From Myxococcota bacterium (GTDB taxonomy: Bacteria > Myxococcota > JACRCW01): a DNA stretch of 33,678 nt. Positions 28,058 to 33,678 of this stretch are shown here, piece by piece. The notes below the pieces were generated by a model. The model had not been told where the DNA came from and did no database searches. It worked only from the letters and a program-made list of their open reading frames with translations. How positions within the stretch are numbered: the first letter of the stretch is position 1; every line of letters begins with the position of its first letter. The translations under genes and the position numbers were made by a program. The stretch covers positions 1-33,678 of the forward strand of contig JBFMGU010000111.1 in the NCBI GenBank assembly GCA_040752415.1, in the 5' to 3' direction.

Positions 28058-29749
28058 CTACTCCAGGTACCACTCGTGGGCGTTCCACGTGGTGGGGACC
28101 TGCGTTCCGGTGGGCTTCCAGTTGCGGAAGTTCTTGCGGGTGATGCTGACGTCGGAGCGGAAGTACAGCGGGATGGCCGGCAGGTCCGCGCTCCACAGCT
28201 CCTGGACGCGGTGCAGGATGCCCTTCCGCTTCTCCACGTCGAGCTCCCGGCTCGCTTCCTTCAGCAGCTTCGTGGCCTCCTCGTTGCACCAGCCGCCGTA
28301 GTTCTGGCCCTGCCAGCCGTTCTTCTCGCTGGGGACGTAGTCGCAGCGCCACAGGTTCTCGTCGTTGCGCAGCGGATCCATGGACCAGGCGAACATGGCC
28401 ATGTGCTTGAATTTCCGTCGACGCGTGATCTCGCCAAAGAACACCTTGGCCGGCACGTTCTCCACCACCAGGTCCACGCCCACCTTGCGCAGGTCCGCCT
28501 GGATGATCTGCTCCACCCGCTCCCGCGTGCTGTTCCCCGCCGTGGTCACGATGCTGAGCTGCAGCTTCTTCCCGTCCTTCTCGCGGATGCCGTCGGCGCC
28601 CTTCTGGAAGCCCATCTCGTCGAGCAGGGCCGCGGCCTTGGCGGGGTCGTAGGGAACGGGTTGGGTGGCGGGATTGTAGTCGTAGCGACGGGGCGGCACC
28701 GCGCCCTCCGCCAGCGGCTGCTTGCCCTGGAAGAGCGCGTCCACCAGCGCCTTGCGGTTGATGCCCATGGCCAGCGCCCGACGCATCCGCGCATCCTTGA
28801 GCCACGGGTCATCCAGGTTGAGGTCGATGTGCTCCCACTGCAGTCCGTCGGTGTAGTGGAAGGCGAACTCGTTCCCCCGACGTCGCTCGATCTCCTGCGC
28901 CTGGTCGAACTGCATGCCAATGGGACTGATGGCGTCCACCGCGCCGCTCACCAGCTGCGCCTCCACGGTGTTGGACTGCGTGATGAACTTGAAGATGATG
29001 CGGTCCACCCTGGGATTCCAGCGCGGGCTGGTGGCCTTGGGGTTGCGCACCAGCGTGATGAACGCCCCGCTCTGCCAATCCTCGACGGTGAACGGACCGG
29101 CCAGCATGGGCTTGCGTCCGTAGGGATGCGTCTTCAGCCCCGCGCCCACCTCCTTGTAGAGGGGCTCCACGACGTGACGCGGCAGCGGTTCAAAGTTGCG
29201 GAAGTTGGCGTGGTAGGCAAAGGGCTGGCTCCAGGTGATGACCAGCGTGCGCTTGTCCGGCCCCAGCGCCTCCATCTTCTCCACTTTCTCCACGTACATG
29301 CGGTCGGCAATCTCCTGCCGCGGGTCGCGCGCCACCGACCAGCTGAAGATGAAGTCCTCCGCGGTGAGCGGCGTGCCGTCGGGCCAGAAGATGTCGTCGC
29401 GCAGCTTCCAGGTGGTGCGCATGCGCGCGCCGCCGTCCAACAGCTCCACGCCCCCGTTCTCGACGGTGGGAATGGCCTGCGCGGCGTGGGGGATGTGCTC
29501 CCATTTCTCATTGAAGAGCGCGAGCGTCATCTGGCCCGCGCGCAGCACCTCCTCGCTGGCCATCATCTCCTTGTAGAGGGGCCACAGGCTGTCGGGCTCC
29601 TGCAGCATGCCCACGGTGATGACCTTGCCGCGCGCCGCGCCTCCGTCGACACGGGCGCCGCCACCACCCTTGCAGGAGCACAGCATCGCCACCAGGAGCC
29701 ACGTGCAGGGCCACAACCTCGTCGTCACGCGCCTCACCTCCGACGTCAT
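28058..29749 (-). CDS. ABC transporter substrate-binding lipoprotein, family 5 (OppA/DppA type)
   Basis: Lipobox 'LCSC'. Motifs 'QEPDSL', 'WKLRDDIFWPDGTPLTAEDFIFSW', 'GPFTVEDW', 'DLPAIPLY'. Confidence 0.94.
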   Translation of the reverse strand: MTSEVRRVTTRLWPCTWLLVAMLCSCKGGGGARVDGGAARGKVITVGMLQEPDSLWPLYKEMMASEEVLRAGQMTLALFNEKWEHIPHAAQAIPTVENGGVELLDGGARMRTTWKLRDDIFWPDGTPLTAEDFIFSWSVARDPRQEIADRMYVEKVEKMEALGPDKRTLVITWSQPFAYHANFRNFEPLPRHVVEPLYKEVGAGLKTHPYGRKPMLAGPFTVEDWQSGAFITLVRNPKATSPRWNPRVDRIIFKFITQSNTVEAQLVSGAVDAISPIGMQFDQAQEIERRRGNEFAFHYTDGLQWEHIDLNLDDPWLKDARMRRALAMGINRKALVDALFQGKQPLAEGAVPPRRYDYNPATQPVPYDPAKAAALLDEMGFQKGADGIREKDGKKLQLSIVTTAGNSTRERVEQIIQADLRKVGVDLVVENVPAKVFFGEITRRRKFKHMAMFAWSMDPLRNDENLWRCDYVPSEKNGWQGQNYGGWCNEEATKLLKEASRELDVEKRKGILHRVQELWSADLPAIPLYFRSDVSITRKNFRNWKPTGTQVPTTWNAHEWYLE

Positions 29750-29876
29750 TCCCGCCCCCCTCGGGCAGACCGGCGGCAGCTAGCACAGAAGCACGGACAC
29801 TCCCACCGCGACACAGGGGCGCCACGCGCTGTCTCCCGGTGCGCGCGTTGTCAATCCGGGACGAGAGCGAGGGCGC

Positions 29877-30608
29877 GTGGTTGAGAGCCACCTGCCGCGG
29901 TGCTACCGCATGACGGTGATGGGCGCCGACGCGAGCGTGGAGATGCCAAGCACGGCATCGCTTGAGCAACTCAAGGTCTTCCCGCTGCCGGAGACCGTGC
30001 TCTTCCCCGGCACCATCCTGCCGCTGCACATCTTCGAGCCGCGCTACCGCGCCATGGTGGCCGATGCGCTGAAGGCCGACCGCGTGCTGGCCATTGCGCT
30101 GCTCAAGCCCGGCTATGAGGCCGACTACCAGGGCCGCCCGCCCATCCATGACGTCGTGGGGGTGGGTCGCATCACGCGCGTGCAAAAGGAAGAGGACGGG
30201 CGCTACTACCTGGCGCTGCAGGGGCTGTGTCGCGCGCGCATCCTGCAGGAGCTGCCGCCCAACCAGCCCTACCGCGTGGCCGCCACCCGCATGCTCCCCG
30301 ACGTCATGCCGCCCTCCGGGGAGGCCGCGCTGCGCACGCCGTTGGAGACGCTGCGCGCGTGCTTCCTGAAGCTGCTGGCGCACATCCCGGACCGTGCCGG
30401 CCCGCTGCTGGAGATCCTGGATCACATCAAGGAGCCGGGGGCGCTGGCGGATGTGTTGTGCGCCGCCGCGCTGGCCAACGCCGACGAGCGGCAGCGCGCC
30501 CTGGCCACGCCGGAGATCGTGTCGCGCCTGGAGCAGGCCACCGACGCCGTGGCGGACCTGCTGTTGCGGGCGGAGTCGCAGGGCGGGGTGCGTGGACTGC
30601 CAGCGTGA
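29877..30608 (+). CDS. LON peptidase substrate-binding (N-terminal) domain protein, no ATPase or protease domain
   Basis: 'VFPLPETVLFPGTILPLHIFEPRYRAMV', 'DGRYYLALQGLCRARI'. True start is probably a later ATG (29910-29943). Confidence 0.88.
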   Translation: MVESHLPRCYRMTVMGADASVEMPSTASLEQLKVFPLPETVLFPGTILPLHIFEPRYRAMVADALKADRVLAIALLKPGYEADYQGRPPIHDVVGVGRITRVQKEEDGRYYLALQGLCRARILQELPPNQPYRVAATRMLPDVMPPSGEAALRTPLETLRACFLKLLAHIPDRAGPLLEILDHIKEPGALADVLCAAALANADERQRALATPEIVSRLEQATDAVADLLLRAESQGGVRGLPA

Positions 30609-30764
30609 GCTTGGGGGACGGGCCCGGGTACCGGGGGAGGTCCCACCCGGCGACAAACTTGACCTGGGGAGCCGACCGGACTGACATGCGCGGGGTCCAC
30701 CCTCTGGAGGCGGCAGGCCGCTGCTTTCTGAAAGTCCGTCCGGTTCGGGGTCTTCCACGTGGCG

Positions 30765-32135
30765 ATGCCCAAGAAGAAGCTCGGGGAGATCCTGCTGGAG
30801 CGACGGCTCATTGACGCCGACCAGCTCGCCAGCGCGCTCGCCTACCAGCGCCAGTGGGGTCACCGGCTGGGCACCGCGCTGGTGGTGAAGGGCTTCATCA
30901 GCGAGGGCACCTTGATGCAGGTGCTCAGCCAGACGCTGAACATCCCGCTGGTGGACCTGTCCCGCGTTCAGCCGCAGAAGGAGGCCATCAAGCTCCTGGC
31001 GCCGAGCTTCTGTGAGTCGCACGAGGTGGTGCCCATCTTCGTGGAGGGGAGCAAGGGCCGGCGCACGCTGACGTTGGCCATGAGCGACCCGCTGAACCTC
31101 AACGTGCTCGAGGAGGTGGGTTTCACCACGGGCTGCCGGGTGAAGCCGGTGATTGCGTCCATGACTGCCATCGGGGAGGCCATCCGCGCCTGGGTGCTCG
31201 GGGAGCGCGTGGACATCTCACCGCTCAGCTTCGAGCGGAAGCACGGCGGCAATGAAGGTGGCGACGAGAAGATGACCCTGGTGCGCTCCGGTGGCGAGGA
31301 GATGGTGCTGGGGTCCGGCCTGGGTCCCCTCACCGCGCCGCCGCCCACCAACCCCGGCTTCAGCGCCCCGCCCGCCACCGGTCCCGGCCTGGCCATGCCG
31401 CCGGGCACCAATCCGGGAATGGCCATGCCGCCGGGCACCAACCCGGGCCTGCCGGTGGCCGCGCCCGCGGGGGCCCCGGTGCCGGCCTACAGCCTCCCCA
31501 CGCTCACCCCGCTGCCCCCCGGCGCGCCGGTGCCGCAGGTCTCCAACCCCTGGAGCGCCACGCCGCTCAGCCAGGTGACCACGGCGCCGCCGCCCTCGTT
31601 CGGCACGCCGCGCCCGCCTGCTCCGCCGCCCCAACCCACGCCGGCGCCGGCCTTTGGGCGTCCCGGCACGGGGAGCCAGCCGCTGCCCACCGCGCCGCAA
31701 CCGGCTGCGCCGGCCTTCGGCCGTCCGGGGACGGGGAGCCAGCCGCTGCCCACCGCGCCCCAGCAGCCCGCGCCCGCCTTCGGCGTGCCGCGCACGGGGA
31801 GCCAGGCCCTGCCCACGTCGCCGCCGGCCTACGCGCCGCCGGGCGCGCCCGCTCCCAACCCGCCCGCGGTGGCCGTGGTGGGACCGCCCGCACCGCCGGT
31901 GGCGCAACCCTACGCCGGCCCACCCGCGCCGGTTCCCACCAACAGCCTTCCCATGCTCCAGCCGTTGCCGCCGGGGCACTCCGGTCCCAACCCCGCGCTC
32001 CCGGTGGCCAGCGCGGTGCATGACCCCACCGAGGAGCTGGAGAAGAAGTTCTGGGCGCTGATGCGCATCCTGGCCAGAAAGGGCATCATCACCAAGGAGG
32101 AGTTCCTCAAAGAGCTGCGTGGCTCCGGCGGGTGA
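30765..32135 (+). CDS. MshEN/T2SSE_N-domain protein (putative c-di-GMP receptor) with a Pro-rich linker, no ATPase
   Basis: Tandem motifs 'KLGEILLERRLIDADQLASAL' and 'RLGTALVVKGFISEGTL', then 'LAMSDPLN'. C-terminal 'ALMRILARKGIITKEEF'. No Walker A motif. Confidence 0.88.
   Translation: MPKKKLGEILLERRLIDADQLASALAYQRQWGHRLGTALVVKGFISEGTLMQVLSQTLNIPLVDLSRVQPQKEAIKLLAPSFCESHEVVPIFVEGSKGRRTLTLAMSDPLNLNVLEEVGFTTGCRVKPVIASMTAIGEAIRAWVLGERVDISPLSFERKHGGNEGGDEKMTLVRSGGEEMVLGSGLGPLTAPPPTNPGFSAPPATGPGLAMPPGTNPGMAMPPGTNPGLPVAAPAGAPVPAYSLPTLTPLPPGAPVPQVSNPWSATPLSQVTTAPPPSFGTPRPPAPPPQPTPAPAFGRPGTGSQPLPTAPQPAAPAFGRPGTGSQPLPTAPQQPAPAFGVPRTGSQALPTSPPAYAPPGAPAPNPPAVAVVGPPAPPVAQPYAGPPAPVPTNSLPMLQPLPPGHSGPNPALPVASAVHDPTEELEKKFWALMRILARKGIITKEEFLKELRGSGG
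31644..31823 (+). repeat. Three in-frame 63-bp tandem repeats (APAFGRPGTGSQPLPTAPQ)
   Basis: Units start at 31644, 31707 and 31770; the third is diverged and partial. Confidence 0.85.
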
Positions 32136-32162
32136 AGCGCCGGTCGCCATGGGGAGAGCACG

Positions 32163-33188
32163 GTGGGCCTGACGCATTGCTGGCTGGTGGCGTTGGTGTT
32201 GTCGTCGCAAACCGAGGGGGCCGGGGCGCCGCCTGCTTCCGCGAGTCCCACGCCTCCCGTCGAGAGCGCGCCCGCCACGCCGGTCCCGGAGGAAGCCGCC
32301 GCTGCCGCCGCCGCCGGCGCCCCCTCCCCCTCCCGCACCAGCGACGCCTCCGCCAACGAGGCCAGCACCCTGGACATCCGCGTGCGCCGCGTGACCGACG
32401 CGCTGGTGGCGGGCCTGCGCAAGCAGGGCGGGGACGTGCGCGCGCGCAAGCTGGCGGTGCTGCCCTTCACCGACGTGGGCGGGAAGGCCAAGAGCGCCCA
32501 GCTGGGCCTGGTGACGTCGGAAGCCGTGGCGGTGAACCTGCGCAAGGATCACAACCTGTTCGTGGTGGAGCGCTCCCGGCTGGGTGAGGTGCTGAGCGAG
32601 CAGGCGCTGGCGCAGAGCGGCGTGGTCGACGTCAAGGACACCGCCAAGATGGGCGTCATGCTGGACGCGGATGTCGTGGTGGTGGGCCAGGTGGCGGAGG
32701 CCGGGTCGGATTTCCTGCTGACGGCGCGAATCGTGGACGTGCAGTCCACCCAGGTCATCACCAGCGCGGATGCCCGGCTGCCCGCCCGCGAGCTCATGAC
32801 GTTGTCGGCGGAGTCGGTGGTGTTGCGGTCGCGCTCGGATGCGGCGTTCCGCAGCGCCGTGGTGCCGGGCTGGGGACAGAGCTACAACCGGCAGCCGCTC
32901 AAGAGCGCCATCTTCATCGTCGCCACGGCGGTGAGCGTGGTGGCATCCCTGGCCGCGTTGGCGACGATGGGCGGCCTCATCGTCTACTACCAGACCTGCA
33001 CGGCGGACTGTCAGGAAGGCAAGGGCCGACGCTTTGGTCCGCTCCCGCCCGTCACGTTCCTGAACTTTGGCAACCTGACGGTGCTCATCCCGCAGGCCGG
33101 TCTCGTCGCGGCGCTGTTCCTGGGGTTGGGCGTGGCCACCTGGGCGGTCAACGTGCTGGACGCCTACGTCTCCGGCGTCGACGGCTGA
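32163..33188 (+). CDS. FlgO/CsgG-like domain protein with a DUF5683-like C-terminal membrane region
   Basis: Signal peptide. 'LAVLPFTD...VVERSRLGEVLSEQAL...LDADVVVVGQV...LTARIVDVQST'. Then 'AFRSAVVPGWGQSYN' and 'WAVNVLDAY'. Confidence 0.8.
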   Translation: MGLTHCWLVALVLSSQTEGAGAPPASASPTPPVESAPATPVPEEAAAAAAAGAPSPSRTSDASANEASTLDIRVRRVTDALVAGLRKQGGDVRARKLAVLPFTDVGGKAKSAQLGLVTSEAVAVNLRKDHNLFVVERSRLGEVLSEQALAQSGVVDVKDTAKMGVMLDADVVVVGQVAEAGSDFLLTARIVDVQSTQVITSADARLPARELMTLSAESVVLRSRSDAAFRSAVVPGWGQSYNRQPLKSAIFIVATAVSVVASLAALATMGGLIVYYQTCTADCQEGKGRRFGPLPPVTFLNFGNLTVLIPQAGLVAALFLGLGVATWAVNVLDAYVSGVDG

Positions 33189-33412
33189 CCCGCTGCGCCG
33201 CACCAGGTTCCGTCGACCTGCCGGCTCCCGCCAATAAGGCTGGGTGCGGCCCTATTGAAACGACGTTTGGCCGCAGGGGTGAGCACATCCGCAGGTGGCC
33301 GGCAATGGTCAGCCCCGGGCGGCGCTGTCATGACGACGGAAAACAGGTCCACACGCTGCCGGCAGCTGCAGTTGACCGCAAACATGGTCGCGCTGAGCCA
33401 AGGACCTGGCCG

Positions 33413-33442
33413 GAAGTTCCTTCACTTGAAGTTCCTTCACTT
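33413..33442 (+). repeat. Perfect 15-bp tandem duplication GAAGTTCCTTCACTT x2
   Basis: Copies at 33413-33427 and 33428-33442. Confidence 0.9.
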
Positions 33443-33452
33443 CTGGGAAGAT

Positions 33453-33673
33453 TCCGGTTGAGCCCGAACAGCCCGAGCCAAAGCGGTATTTCAGACCGCA
33501 CTCCCACAGTGCCGGCCGCGCCCATCCCATTGGGCGGAGAAGCCGGCACGCAGAGTTTCCCGACGAGCAGCCGCGGTGCGGGCAACCCGATGAAAGCGCA
33601 CTCGCGGCGCCCGCACCTTTGGGAGTGCGGTCTGAAATACCGCTTTGGCTCGGGCTGTCCGGGCTCAACCGGA
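33453..33673. repeat. REP/REPIN-like inverted repeat
   Basis: Arms 33453-33506 and 33620-33673 are 54 bp with 1 mismatch. Core GGGAGTGCGGTCTGAAATACCGCTTTGG contains an internal GCGGT/ACCGC hairpin. Confidence 0.85.
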
Positions 33674-33678
33674 GCTCC

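Noticed and set aside
26786..29884. 1032-aa plus-strand ORF, and similar long ORFs such as 7096-8985, 31218-33203 and 1123-2541
   Set aside because: They are antisense shadows of well-supported genes, expected in high-GC DNA, and show no recognisable motifs.
31340..31823. Periodic repeats considered as a CRISPR array
   Set aside because: They are in-frame coding repeats without unique spacers, and there are no cas genes in the window.
33189..33678. Short ORFs at the right end
   Set aside because: They overlap the repeat elements, lack motifs and have non-coding-like composition.

Overview
GC-rich bacterial DNA. The gene content (stand-alone MshEN protein, Cys-rich lipoproteins, 'GCExxxCLA' TolB_N/CsgG-like proteins, AsmA, SH3b protein) suggests a Myxococcota/deltaproteobacterial genome; this is inference. 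Left to right: a large MnxG-like multicopper oxidase, an AsmA-family protein, several secreted/membrane proteins, plsY, two tandem paralogous membrane proteins, a ~6.7 kb accessory island (18781-25447), an Opp/Dpp-type ABC operon with no ATPase gene, a Lon N-domain protein, an MshEN protein and an FlgO/CsgG-like protein. The island is the most unusual structure. It is bracketed by a direct duplication of the 3' part of the ABC permease genes. It holds two self-contained TetR-regulated enzyme modules (FAD monooxygenase-TetR; thiolase-TetR-FabF), each with its own promoter/operator palindrome and each directly preceded by a copy of the same truncated IS91/ISCR-type transposase fragment. Also present: two long REPIN-like inverted repeats sharing a GGAGTGCGG-N-CCGCYYTGG core, and an OppB permease carrying a ~190-aa tandem Ig/cadherin-like insertion. 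No rRNA, tRNA or CRISPR array was seen. All calls come from reading motifs by eye; no database search was run.
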